Positions 52,583 through 63,034 of a stretch of DNA of 64,000 bases are shown in pieces. The notes under the pieces were generated by a model. It saw only the letters and a list, made by a program, of their open reading frames with translations. It had not been told where the DNA came from and made no database searches. This DNA comes from Candidatus Bathyarchaeota archaeon (GTDB taxonomy: Archaea; Thermoproteota; Bathyarchaeia; Bathyarchaeales; Bathycorpusculaceae). Within the stretch, counting starts at the first letter, position 1. Every line of letters begins with the position of its first letter. Location: contig OY970340.1 in assembly GCA_963717465.1 (NCBI GenBank), forward strand, positions 2,304,001 to 2,368,000. The letters run 5' to 3'. A program made the position numbers and the translations under genes.

Positions 52583-53176
52583 CTATTCGGATACTGGGGG
52601 AATATCGCTTTGCGCTTGTTTCTTGATTTCCCTAATTATGCTATCTATCTTTCTTAGTCGTTCCTGCATTCTTTTTACTGCTTTATAGGTGTGCTTTCGT
52701 TCATGCTCAAGATGCTTTAAATTTTTCTCACTTAGCGGGTCGTCTTCAAGGAAAGGCGAAAGGAAAGAAGGTATACATGGAATAGATTCATCTGTTGCAT
52801 CAATGTTGAAAACGTCACGAGCAAATTCTCTGAAACTGTTGCCGATATTTTTTGAAATTTCTGCCTGCTTTAAAATGGCTCGCCTAAGAATAGTCTCGCC
52901 TGACGCGGTAATTTTGTAAACTTTTAATCTGCGATTATTTTGTGTCTGCCATTGACCTTTAATGTAACCCGATTTCTCTAAATCTCTCAAAATAGGGTAA
53001 ACTCCACCGGGAGTAGGCTGCCAGAAACCCTTAGAACGGCTATTAATTTCCTTCATGATTTCGTAGCCGTGGGCTGGCTTCTTACTGAGAAAAATCAAAA
53101 CGCCGATTCGAATAAAGCCTTTTTGTAATTCTTTTAGCCAACTGGCTGTTGTTTTATCTTCAGATTCTTTGGCCAT
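52583..53176 (-). CDS. PadR-family transcriptional regulator
   Basis: HGYEIMKEI..PTPGGVYPILRDLE..G.I..RRLKVYKIT. Confidence 0.93.
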   Translation of the reverse strand: MAKESEDKTTASWLKELQKGFIRIGVLIFLSKKPAHGYEIMKEINSRSKGFWQPTPGGVYPILRDLEKSGYIKGQWQTQNNRRLKVYKITASGETILRRAILKQAEISKNIGNSFREFARDVFNIDATDESIPCIPSFLSPFLEDDPLSEKNLKHLEHERKHTYKAVKRMQERLRKIDSIIREIKKQAQSDIPPVSE

Positions 53177-53278
53177 CTTCTTTCAAAGCAATACTATACT
53201 TGGGTAATACTTATATTTTACCGCAATATATTGTAGCGAAATATATTCCAATGAATAACATTTAGGGCGATACCTGAA

Positions 53279-54295
53279 ATGGATAATGAATCGATAATTG
53301 AAGTTAATAATCTTACGAAAAAGTTCAGCGATTTCGTAGCGGTTGACAACATCTCGTTCAAAGTCAAAAAGGGCGAGATCTTCGGCCTACTCGGCCCCAA
53401 CGGGGCTGGCAAGAGCACCACCCTGCGAGTGCTATCCACGTTGGCCAAACCGACAAAGGGAACTGCGACGATTGGCGGCTACGACATAGTGAAAAACGAT
53501 ACCGAAGTTAGAAAACTGATAGGCATAGTTTCCGAAAAAATGATTATGTACAACCGTTTGACGGCTAGGGAAAACCTTGTATTTTTCGGAAGTCTCTTCA
53601 ACCTTCCCAAAGACGTCTTAAACAAAAGAATAGACGAGTTGTTTGAGCTGGTTCAACTTACACAGTGGAAGAACAATCAAGTAGGCACATTTTCTACAGG
53701 AATGAGGCAGAGAATGAACGTTATAAGAGCGCTTTTGAACATGCCCAAAGTGCTCTTTCTCGATGAGCCGACTCTTGGTTTGGATCCTCAATCTTCCGTT
53801 GAGATTCGCGAATTCGTCAAAAAGCTCAACAGGGAAAACGGCACCACCATAATCGTAACGACCCATATGATGGTGGATGCAGATCTGCTATGCGATCGAA
53901 TCGGCATAATGGATCATGCCAAGATAGTAGCGCTAGACACTTCGGCGAACTTGAAAAAAATGATTTCAGGAGCGGATTCAACAATATTGAAACTAGAGAT
54001 TGGAAATCTAACACCCAAAATTATTGAGTCAATCCACGCTTGCAACTGCGTGGACTCGGTTACTCAAGAAGACTCGATACACTTAAGAATTATTAGTCAC
54101 GGCAAAGAAGCGTTCGACTCTGTAATCGACTCAGTGAGAGCTGAGGGGGGAAACATAAATTCAATGGAAAACCTGCAGCCCACACTTGAGGATGTATTCT
54201 TGCACATAACTGGTCACCAAGTAAGAGACAGCGCAGACAAGAAAATACCGATGGGGCGTAGACGCTTTGGGGCGCCTCAGCAAAGAGTAAGGTGA
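53279..54295 (+). CDS. DrrA-type ABC exporter ATP-binding protein
   Basis: [32 protein letters not shown] and PTLEDVF motifs. Confidence 0.95.
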   Translation: MDNESIIEVNNLTKKFSDFVAVDNISFKVKKGEIFGLLGPNGAGKSTTLRVLSTLAKPTKGTATIGGYDIVKNDTEVRKLIGIVSEKMIMYNRLTARENLVFFGSLFNLPKDVLNKRIDELFELVQLTQWKNNQVGTFSTGMRQRMNVIRALLNMPKVLFLDEPTLGLDPQSSVEIREFVKKLNRENGTTIIVTTHMMVDADLLCDRIGIMDHAKIVALDTSANLKKMISGADSTILKLEIGNLTPKIIESIHACNCVDSVTQEDSIHLRIISHGKEAFDSVIDSVRAEGGNINSMENLQPTLEDVFLHITGHQVRDSADKKIPMGRRRFGAPQQRVR

Positions 54296-55500
54296 GAAAA
54301 ATGGGCACAAAGACTCTACTTTCGCATTCTGTGCGTATTGCTTGGAAAGATCTAACAGAGTTGTTCAGAAACCGTTTGGGTCTAGTCCTGCTTGTCCTTA
54401 TGCCGTTGTTCATGATGGTCATGGTTGGCTATATTTATCCATCCGGCAACACAACGATAAGCAACATGCCAGTCGCCTTGATAAATCAAGATTCAGGCTT
54501 TTACAATACGACAATTCCAAGCCAAGCCTTCATCACAGAATTAAAGGAGATCAACGCTCAAACAAAAATGCTGACGCTTTCCAACGTTTCAAGTGTGGCG
54601 GATATCAAAAGTGAGATTCAAAGCGGTGAGATAGACGGCGGCATAGTTATACCTAGCAATTTCTCTGCCTGCATCTTGAGTGGGCAACAGGGAACTCTGA
54701 TTATCATAACTGACCAGTCTAACCCAACAATAGCCGAAGAATTGCAAGCAGCTTTATCCGCGACATTTAGCCAGATGGGCACATTGCTTGCACAGGAGAA
54801 AGTTCTAAGTCTCAATTCATCAGTAACTGTGAATGATTCTCTCGCCATTGTTCAACCTTACGTTGTTCAGACGGAAGGCGTTGTCCCTGGAAACCCGAGT
54901 TACTTTAACTTCATTGCCCCTGGAATAATGATGATGACAGTTATGATGAGTGTTATGACTGGGCTTCCTGTAGCGATATCTCAGGAGAAGGAGGTCGGCA
55001 CTATGGACGGCATGATGGTCGCGCCAATCAACAGGTTATCCATCATCCTGGGAAAATCTTTAGGTCAGACCGCTCGTGGCTTACTTCAAGGCTTCATAAT
55101 AATGGCGTTAGCTATAGTGCTATTCGGCGTCTCAATCCAAGGAAACATTCTGCTCGTGGTCGGTTTGCTCCTGCTGGGCGTATTCTCATTCGTCGGTTTA
55201 GGCATAGTTTTGACGTCTTTAGCTAAGGATCAGGAGACGGCGCAGATGATGATGATGACGTTGATGTTTCCAATGATGTTCCTCAGCGGTGTGATGTTTC
55301 CGATACAGCAGATGCCCTGGTACATGCAAGATATAAGCAAATTCCTTCCGTTAACGTATGCTACTGATGCTATGCGAAAAGTCGTGGTGCTAGGTGCGGG
55401 AGCAGGCGACATTTCTAATGACCTGATAATCCTCATAGCCTTCGGTGTAATCATGATTGCAATTGCAGTACCATTGTTCAGAAGAATGATGACAAGGTAG
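54292..55500 (+). CDS. ABC-2 type permease
   Basis: EKEVGT, IILGK, MFLSGVMFPI..MP and PLTYA motifs. Confidence 0.93.
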   Translation: MRKMGTKTLLSHSVRIAWKDLTELFRNRLGLVLLVLMPLFMMVMVGYIYPSGNTTISNMPVALINQDSGFYNTTIPSQAFITELKEINAQTKMLTLSNVSSVADIKSEIQSGEIDGGIVIPSNFSACILSGQQGTLIIITDQSNPTIAEELQAALSATFSQMGTLLAQEKVLSLNSSVTVNDSLAIVQPYVVQTEGVVPGNPSYFNFIAPGIMMMTVMMSVMTGLPVAISQEKEVGTMDGMMVAPINRLSIILGKSLGQTARGLLQGFIIMALAIVLFGVSIQGNILLVVGLLLLGVFSFVGLGIVLTSLAKDQETAQMMMMTLMFPMMFLSGVMFPIQQMPWYMQDISKFLPLTYATDAMRKVVVLGAGAGDISNDLIILIAFGVIMIAIAVPLFRRMMTR

Positions 55501-55744
55501 GCGAAGAAAAACGAGCACCCTCTGTTCCAAATGTCCTTTCTTTCAACTTGCCCCCCTAATAAAGCGTAAGAATGCACGCAAAAGATGCCGCATAGAACCT
55601 CAAAGGCAACTACGAATCTACAAATGCCACGACTTTCCAGAGAAACACGCATTCAACCTCCCAATGAATCAACAGAAAAAACAAACGTCTGCATAAAAAA
55701 ATTGGGCGTTGGCATCAACCCGTTGAGGGCTAGCACTTGCAAAC

Positions 55745-56080
55745 CTACTTTTTATTGTTAGATTTATCGTTACCTAATTTCTTTCTCAATATAACATAAA
55801 TTATTAAAATAATCACTACCCCAGCTACGATTGCCTCAATACCCATAATTGTTAAAGCAAGCCACATTGGCACAAACATGCTGTAGTAAAAGAAACCTCC
55901 AACCAGGAAAAAAAGGCTTGCAGAACCGAATAGCGAGGTCAAGATAGCTGCTAAGATACCAATCAGTATACCAAACGAGATACTGCGCTTTAGCTTCGTC
56001 TTGATTTTAGTTTCAGTCTCATCAAAATACTTTTCAATAAGACGTTTTATTTCTTCAAAAATTTCTTCCAAAGTAACCAA
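55745..56080 (-). CDS. Small two-TM membrane protein (YqjE / holin-X-like topology)
   Basis: Charged amphipathic N-terminus, two TM helices, basic tail. Confidence 0.55.
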   Translation of the reverse strand: MVTLEEIFEEIKRLIEKYFDETETKIKTKLKRSISFGILIGILAAILTSLFGSASLFFLVGGFFYYSMFVPMWLALTIMGIEAIVAGVVIILIIYVILRKKLGNDKSNNKK

Positions 56081-56477
56081 TAAAATTACCTTTATTCGCC
56101 AAAAACTATTTAGAAAATTTACAAATTGAAAAACTAAAATCAATCTTGCTAAGTAAGTGCTTGTCTAAGATTATAATTAACAGTTTATTTATGGCTATGT
56201 GATTGAGCCTTGCCATCTACATTTTTGCTCAATTATTCTTTTCATCCATTATTCTTGTATCTTTAACAATAGTTTGTTTCATTTGCTCCTTGCAAAGTCT
56301 GGGTGTTCGACAACCATAGCACACTACATTTTAGGGAAAAAGCCTTGTTTAATTCACTTTTTGGATTTAAGGCTGCTAATTAAGGTAAGTTGCTGGACAC
56401 CACCAGTCACAGACGTTTATGAATTTGCATGTTGTTCTAAAAACTAATTGTTTATAATTGTTTATGGAGGTGAATGT

Positions 56478-56717
56478 TTGTCTAAAGAATCAACTCGCGG
56501 AGGAACAGACGAGGAACGCCGAGAACATGGAAAAATGAGTAGGGAAGAAGCAGGAAGAATGGGCGGTGAGAAAGTTGCTGAAGAAAGAGGCCCAGAATTT
56601 TACAGTCAAATTGGCAAAAAAGGCGGAGAGAAGGTATCCGAGGAAAGAGGGCCTGAATTTTATCGTGAAATTGGACGTAAAGGCGGAAGAGGTCGAAAAA
56701 GTAAATCTCAAGGTTAG
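56478..56717 (+). CDS. KGG-repeat general stress protein (GsiB/Em-like)
   Basis: MSREEAGRMGG, then two EERGPEFY..IG.KGG repeats; GGAGGTGA SD. Confidence 0.9.
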   Translation: MSKESTRGGTDEERREHGKMSREEAGRMGGEKVAEERGPEFYSQIGKKGGEKVSEERGPEFYREIGRKGGRGRKSKSQG

Positions 56718-56791
56718 AAGTAGAGTTCGAAGTTAAGGAAGCTCCGGGGTGTCCTCCTCTTTTATTAAGTTAGTTAAATTAGAAGAAAGGT

Positions 56792-57232
56792 GTGATTCCT
56801 TCGTCTAAGAATATTTTTGAGAGAATTAAGGAAGAACATGAAGAATTCATTGATATGTTAGAAGAACTTACAACTGAAAAGCCCAACATAGACACTTTTG
56901 AGATATTTCAAGTGGAGTTAAAGGCTCACAACCAAGCAGAGGAGCAAACACTCTATGAGTCCTTAAAGCAGGATAAAACGAGTCGAGAAATGGCGCTTGT
57001 TGGAATCGAGGAGCACCAAATGGGAACAAGGATGCTAAATAAATTGGATAAATCAGAAAAACATGGAGAAAACTGGATAGTACAAGTAAGCTTACTAAGA
57101 CATCTATTAGAGAAACACATAGAAGTCGAAGAAGCCGAAGTTATACCGATGGCGGAAGGGATGTTAAGAAAAACTAAAGTTAACGATTTAAGCGATGAAT
57201 TCCTATCAATCGAAGAAAAACTAGAAGAATAA
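56792..57232 (+). CDS. Hemerythrin-like (HHE) domain protein
   Basis: EEH, AHNQAEE..LY, EEH and HIEVEE motifs. Confidence 0.85.
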   Translation: MIPSSKNIFERIKEEHEEFIDMLEELTTEKPNIDTFEIFQVELKAHNQAEEQTLYESLKQDKTSREMALVGIEEHQMGTRMLNKLDKSEKHGENWIVQVSLLRHLLEKHIEVEEAEVIPMAEGMLRKTKVNDLSDEFLSIEEKLEE

Positions 57233-57272
57233 TTTTTTTTAATTACTTTTTTAGGCTTTTAAAGAATTTATG

Positions 57273-58817
57273 TTATAGAACAGATTTGATTATTTTTGGT
57301 TTTGCTGTGTAGTTTATTGTCAGCGTTTGGTTTGGTTCAAGATGTAAGGTACACGGTGAAGCGGTGAAAAGTTCTGTTGAGTCAATTGATACTCCTGAAA
57401 CAACTCCACCGTTTATGTAGATGTCTTCGGGCGAATTGCCCGCCGTGTATGTGAATGGAGATTTGTTGGGAATAATGCTTGATTGCCCGAGTGGATTGTG
57501 ACCTGTGTTACTTCTGATTATGACATTTTTTGATGACCCCTCAACTTGTATCTGTGGCTTAAGGTTGTTATCGCATAAGTTGCCATCTATGACGGCTACG
57601 CAGATGTTTCCTGAGTCAATTTGAGGTTTGCAGATGATTTTGATTGCTGCACCTTTGCAATCCTGTATCATGTTCGCTTTTACAAGTAAGCCTACAATAG
57701 CCTGATTTGTCGAGTCCACTTGAATACCTGTAGAGCCGCCGTTAATGATAACGTTGTTTGTAATCAAATACCCTTTTCCAATTGCTCCCACATCTGGCAC
57801 GCATAAGATCGTTGTTTCTTTACAGCCCTTGAAAGTATTATCGGAAAAGCTGCAGTAGCTGCCAACGTTTTTTATTCCTGATCCTTGGCAAGCATTGAAT
57901 AAGCAGTCTTTTACCTCCAAATGATTGTTAGCTGCTTGATCCGAGTAAACTCCATGACTAATTTGACCTACGAATTCACAACCAGAAACTATTGTTTGAT
58001 CCGAAGGTTGATTTGCGTTGGCGCTTACGTATACTCCATACACACTGCCATTGTCTGCACAACCGATTACGTCTACTCTTTGCGAACCTGAATTTGAATA
58101 GCCAGCATTCCCGCATTTCTCAGCGTAACAGTTGGTGACAGTTGCATAACCTACGCCCTGCGTTATTTGTGCTTCCAGTGTGAAACCATTATTAGCTACC
58201 TCGAGTGCCTGGCAATTATCAAACACAACTACTTCTGTTACATCGCTCACACCGATTCCAAATCCATTGCTTCCTATGCCATTGCCAACCTTTCCTTTTG
58301 TTCCGCAATTTTTCGCCAAACAATTTAGGAATGCCACATTTATCGTGAAATCAGTACCAAAGCCCGTCGCAGGAGTATCATGCACGTAGACGCCTTCAAA
58401 TCGGCAATTTCTCAGCCACTGATGACCTATCCCTTTTCGGTTGTAATGATATCCAGAACGGTTCATGTCCGAGCCGTCTAATTCTAAATCTTGCACGTTA
58501 AATTCTGATAGCGGTGATTTTTGGGTAAAATATCCCATACCGTCAATTATTGCATTGTTGCTTTTGTCATCGAATCCTTTTAGCACCGATGCTCCCCAGC
58601 CTAGCCCCTTTAATGTTACACCGCTTTTGGGGCGAATTGCCATGCACTTAAATTTGCCTTTTGGAAAATAAATTGTGCCGCCGCCAGCAGCCTGAGCAGT
58701 TGAGATTGCTTCAGTAATGGCTTTACTATCATCTTTTATGCCGTCGCCGACTGCACCAAAATCCGTTACATCAAGCCAAGATGAGAAAAAAGGCTCATGC
58801 TTCATACTACGGTTCAT
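57273..58817 (-). CDS. Right-handed beta-helix protein (pectate lyase 3 / tailspike-like)
   Basis: DVTDFGAVGDGIKDDSKAI..AI....GGGTIYFPKG followed by many parallel beta-helix repeats. Confidence 0.88.
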   Translation of the reverse strand: MNRSMKHEPFFSSWLDVTDFGAVGDGIKDDSKAITEAISTAQAAGGGTIYFPKGKFKCMAIRPKSGVTLKGLGWGASVLKGFDDKSNNAIIDGMGYFTQKSPLSEFNVQDLELDGSDMNRSGYHYNRKGIGHQWLRNCRFEGVYVHDTPATGFGTDFTINVAFLNCLAKNCGTKGKVGNGIGSNGFGIGVSDVTEVVVFDNCQALEVANNGFTLEAQITQGVGYATVTNCYAEKCGNAGYSNSGSQRVDVIGCADNGSVYGVYVSANANQPSDQTIVSGCEFVGQISHGVYSDQAANNHLEVKDCLFNACQGSGIKNVGSYCSFSDNTFKGCKETTILCVPDVGAIGKGYLITNNVIINGGSTGIQVDSTNQAIVGLLVKANMIQDCKGAAIKIICKPQIDSGNICVAVIDGNLCDNNLKPQIQVEGSSKNVIIRSNTGHNPLGQSSIIPNKSPFTYTAGNSPEDIYINGGVVSGVSIDSTELFTASPCTLHLEPNQTLTINYTAKPKIIKSVL

Positions 58818-58901
58818 AATCTCTAATAGAATAATCTTGACTTGACTTAAATATCACAGCCTGCTAGCCTAACTAACGCTGAGCAATAAAAACAAGAAGG
58901 A

Positions 58902-59201
58902 TTATTGCTTGTTTTTCATGTTACTTTTGCCCAATAACGAGCTATTCTTATCGTTGCCAAGGGATGGTTTGTAGATAATTGCCGTATCACCTGTTGTATT
59001 CAGGGCTAAATTATGTTTATCCACCATTTCTTGAAGGCATACTTTATTTGAGCTATCCATGTTTGTTTTTATATGTACTTGGTAACCGTGAGATAATAAA
59101 TCAGCGGCGTTAGGCTTTATTAATGCAATGAATTGCCCATCTATTCCAGAACATTTATCAAAAATTTCCTTTAACAATTTGACTGCTTCTTGTCTCTTCA
59201 A
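58902..59201 (-). CDS. Small hypothetical protein (paralog of 37879-38097)
   Basis: MKRQEAVKLLKEI...YQVHI...LQEMVDKHNL...AIIYKP. Confidence 0.7.
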   Translation of the reverse strand: MKRQEAVKLLKEIFDKCSGIDGQFIALIKPNAADLLSHGYQVHIKTNMDSSNKVCLQEMVDKHNLALNTTGDTAIIYKPSLGNDKNSSLLGKSNMKNKQ

Positions 59202-59290
59202 AAAGCACACTTTCTTACAATAAAAGAATTAATAGAAAAGTAAAAAAGCATTACGATTAGCTTCAGCAGATAGTGTTTTCCGCAAGCTGT

Positions 59291-60820
59291 TTAGTTTTGG
59301 TTTAGAATTTCACGCGTGTCCTTGTTTATCGTTCTGTCTTTTTTGAGCATCGACCATACTTTCAAAGCGTTCCATGGAACTAGGAACGTTGCTTTTGTAT
59401 ATTTTGTGAGATTGGCAGAAACAAACTGCGTTATGGTTTTTACAAGGTTTGAGTAGTCATCGTAGCGAGGTCCTGTTTTTACAAAGAGGTCTGAGATCCA
59501 TTTCTTGATGTAGAATGCTGCTTCGCCCATGCCTGATTGAAAAATTAACCAAAATGGTCCAGTCTGCGTTTTTATAACAGGATGTAAACAGTCGTATAAT
59601 TCCCAATCAAGAGTTAGCAACTTGTTACTCTTCAGCGCCTTGTAAAAAGCGTTAGTTCCAGGAAGAGGCGTGTAAATAGAAAACTGGGCAGAATCAAGCC
59701 CTGCCATTCGAAGCTGATCAGCGTATACAAAAGTCTTGCCAAAGTCTTTTTTAGTTTCATAAGGCGCACCAACAACAAATCCTCCATGAGTGATTACGCC
59801 ATTTTTGTGAAGAACGTTTATGCCCTTCATTGCTGTTGTAGTAGTGCTTCCTTTACTCATTTTCTTCAGGACTTGGTCGCTTCCAGATTCCAAGCCTAAA
59901 AAAGCTATTCGCAAACCTGCATTTGCTGCAAGTTCAATTATTCCAGGGTTTCTTGCTGCTAAATCAGCTCTCATTTGCACGATGAAATTTAGAGAATTTA
60001 AGCCCTGATTTGCCATTTCATTAAATAGCCTTACTCTTTCTTTAGCTATAACGTCAACGATAAAGTTGTCATCGACGATGAACACCCAATTGTAACCAAG
60101 CGATTTGATTAAGTTTAGCTCTTTGAGCACCCTTTCGTTGCTTTTGAATCTCCAGCGATGTCCCCACATTGGAGAAACAGAACAGAATTCACATTTGTAA
60201 GGACAACCTCGACTAGTCTCCATAGTGATGAAATGGGAATTAGCGCCAAAAATATCCGCTTGACTAAGTTTTTTATCAAAAAGTTCGAAGGCTGGCATGG
60301 GCAGAGAATCCATAGATTGGATAAAAGGTCTGGGCGTAGTATTCACCGCTTTGCCGTTTACTTTAAAAGCTAAGCCTTTAACAGATGAAATGTCGCCTTC
60401 TTGTTCCAATGTGTTGACGAGTTCTGAAAATGTTTCTTCACCTTCACCCAAGACAACGTAGTCAAAACCGTTCTTTAAAACTTGAGAGAAAACAAAGGTT
60501 GCATGATGCCCTCCAGCTACAAGAGAGACAGCGTTGTCTTTGGTCTTAACCCTCATTGCGAGATTAGTGGCAAACCCGTAGTATGGCGAAGCACCGACTG
60601 TTACGGCAACTACTTGAGCATTCCAAGAACAGACCCTCTCAGCAATTTCCTCAATGCTTAAACCTTGAGCAAGTGAATCCACCAAGAGAACCTCATGACG
60701 ATCTCGCATTACAGCTCCAGCTAGACAAGCTAACCCTAGCGGCGGCATTGACACTCCGAATAAATCTTTGTAAGCACCCTTCCCACACGAAGAACCTCTA
60801 ACTAAAGCAACTCTCAACAA
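59291..60820 (-). CDS. B12-binding-domain radical SAM protein, resembling GDGT ring synthase (Grs) family
   Basis: PPLGLA, GGHHAT, GEGE, ETSRGCPYKCEFC, DDNF, GLESGS and TPLPGT. The Grs resemblance is from recall and unverified. Confidence 0.8.
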   Translation of the reverse strand: MLRVALVRGSSCGKGAYKDLFGVSMPPLGLACLAGAVMRDRHEVLLVDSLAQGLSIEEIAERVCSWNAQVVAVTVGASPYYGFATNLAMRVKTKDNAVSLVAGGHHATFVFSQVLKNGFDYVVLGEGEETFSELVNTLEQEGDISSVKGLAFKVNGKAVNTTPRPFIQSMDSLPMPAFELFDKKLSQADIFGANSHFITMETSRGCPYKCEFCSVSPMWGHRWRFKSNERVLKELNLIKSLGYNWVFIVDDNFIVDVIAKERVRLFNEMANQGLNSLNFIVQMRADLAARNPGIIELAANAGLRIAFLGLESGSDQVLKKMSKGSTTTTAMKGINVLHKNGVITHGGFVVGAPYETKKDFGKTFVYADQLRMAGLDSAQFSIYTPLPGTNAFYKALKSNKLLTLDWELYDCLHPVIKTQTGPFWLIFQSGMGEAAFYIKKWISDLFVKTGPRYDDYSNLVKTITQFVSANLTKYTKATFLVPWNALKVWSMLKKDRTINKDTREILNQN

Positions 60821-61207
60821 TCATTTCTCCATTCAACCAATTCAACCAATCTTTTGAAAACTTGGTTCAGAACCTTTCATTTTGAACCTTTCAACTTAGA
60901 TTTCTTAATAATTTCGGTCCAGATCGCTTTGTTATTTATGCAGCCCATGTCTGGCATTATCAGTTTAAGCAGAGGATTTGAAGTAGCAGAAAGTCTAAGG
61001 CTGTTTTAATCGATTAACCTCAAAAAACCCGAGGCTTTACACAAGTTTTTAAATCAAAAAATTATATGTACATTTGTGGTTACAATAAAGATGTAACAAG
61101 TCAGCGTTAAATCAAGAAATTACACGTAATTCTGTGGCCATTAGCGAATATAGAATAATATGAAATAGTTCGTATTGTTTCAAAATTGATGAAAAGAGTT
61201 GGGCTGT

Positions 61208-62863
61208 TTATGTTTGTTCTGTTTGTTCTTTGCTTTTGCCTTTGCCCATGACGAGTTTAGATATTAAGCGTATTGGTAAAGCTACTTTGAACTTGCCTTG
61301 TTCTGCATCCTTTATCATAGCTGGCAGGTTATAATCGTATTCGTTTATGCATGTTTTCATTAGACTTCGAGTTTGCTTGATAGCGTAGGAAAAGACTAAT
61401 TTGATTCCTAAGCCTTTGCCAAAGTTAACCTGAGTCACAAAGTATTCTTTTAGGAATGTCTCAGCCCAATCAACATTATGCTGCCAACAAGTCAGAAAAA
61501 GCTCCGACTGTTTGTGTGTAATGTTTTCAATTTTGAAGGATTGCGATTTGTCTTTTAATCCTCCTTCGCTAACCATGAAAAGCGGTACAATCAAACTTTT
61601 ATAATCATGCAGTTTCTCCACTAAATTGATCGTTAGCTGGGTATCTTCGTCTTTTTCTCCTGGAAGCCCAATAATCAGAGTGGCACAGGGAACCCAATAG
61701 TTATCGCTTAGAATTTGAAAAGCGTTTACTACCACGTCTGGCCATTGTTCAGGAGTGAACGGTTTAGCTTTACCAACCATCAGCTCTCTAATCAGGCGAG
61801 GGCTGCCTGTTTCAATGCCGCATTGCCCGCTTATCCACTCATCTGCCTTTTTCACTTCGAGTATGCTTGATAAGTCTTTTAGCAAGTCAGGTGCGCTTGC
61901 TACCGATGAAAGTGCAAAATGGCTTATGCCTACCGATTTGACACCGGGATAATGATAAACAGTGTCAAATAATTCTTTCACTGCAGGTTTGTTGATTTCG
62001 AATCCTTTAGCTTTATAACGCAAGACATCTTCAGCGTGCAGAAGCGGTCTTCTTCCAGCTTCTAAGTTTACTTTAACTTCTTTTAGTATGTGGTCAAGAG
62101 AAAGGCAGCGGTAACGTTGAAGTGTGGGCACGCAAAAAGCGCAGCCTCTTCCACAGCCGCGTGCAATTTCAATTATTCCATCGATAGTGGGTCCTTGAAT
62201 GATTGGGATTTCCTCTTCTTCAGCAACTGGAGGATGCACGACTTCGGGCAATTCCTCGCCTTTCACAGCCGCATTGAAAAGGGAGTTAACCACTTTTTCT
62301 CCTTCTCCAACAACAACGCAGTTGACGCCTCGTTCTCTTCGAGCTTTGTCATCTTCAAGTTGCCAAGCACCAGGTCCTCCAACAATAATTTTCGGCTTAT
62401 ACTTTTGAACAACCGGATCGTTCAGGATTTCTTTAAACTTCATGCTCATGTAAGAATCGCGGAGACTGAATATTTGTGTAAACGTGCTGGTTGCAGGCCC
62501 AATGCCTAAAGGATCAGTTTCGTTTATGCCCAAGACTTTAGTATTCGGCCCAACAACTTGTTCCAAGAAATCAGGATGCGCAACGATAACTTCATCTCTG
62601 CTAAAGCCATTGTTTAACAATTGTGCCTCAATTTTTCTTATTCCGCACGGTGCAAACTTAGATGAACCATCAAAGTTGACGGGTACAGAAGGACAAAACA
62701 ACGAAAAATAGAACTTGTCAGGTATAAGACCACTCGGGACACAGGCACTAAACCCTAGAAATATGCCTCCAGCATATTCACTCATCAATGTTCTATCGGC
62801 AGTCAAAACTATCTTATATCCTCCAACATTTTCCTTCTTCACTCTAATTTTCCTCCCAAGCAA
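61208..62863 (-). CDS. Archaeal radical SAM protein (IVLTADRTLMS family, recalled as calditol-synthase-like)
   Basis: IVLTADRTLMSEY, APCGIRKIEA, VGGPGAWQ, EIARGCGRGCAFC and GIETGSPRL motifs. Confidence 0.8.
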   Translation of the reverse strand: MLGRKIRVKKENVGGYKIVLTADRTLMSEYAGGIFLGFSACVPSGLIPDKFYFSLFCPSVPVNFDGSSKFAPCGIRKIEAQLLNNGFSRDEVIVAHPDFLEQVVGPNTKVLGINETDPLGIGPATSTFTQIFSLRDSYMSMKFKEILNDPVVQKYKPKIIVGGPGAWQLEDDKARRERGVNCVVVGEGEKVVNSLFNAAVKGEELPEVVHPPVAEEEEIPIIQGPTIDGIIEIARGCGRGCAFCVPTLQRYRCLSLDHILKEVKVNLEAGRRPLLHAEDVLRYKAKGFEINKPAVKELFDTVYHYPGVKSVGISHFALSSVASAPDLLKDLSSILEVKKADEWISGQCGIETGSPRLIRELMVGKAKPFTPEQWPDVVVNAFQILSDNYWVPCATLIIGLPGEKDEDTQLTINLVEKLHDYKSLIVPLFMVSEGGLKDKSQSFKIENITHKQSELFLTCWQHNVDWAETFLKEYFVTQVNFGKGLGIKLVFSYAIKQTRSLMKTCINEYDYNLPAMIKDAEQGKFKVALPIRLISKLVMGKGKSKEQTEQT

Positions 62864-63034
62864 GCTTCCAAATTCAAAGTTAGAGCTTCATTTATAATTC
62901 CCTTTAAAATGTTGCTGCTTAAAATTGTAAAATTCTTAAGATCAGAATAAAATTTTACCAGATTTTCTTTGTGCACAAATATAGCGCCGCGATTCATTCA
63001 TTTCCCTCATTTACCGTAAGAAACGCACATGAAA

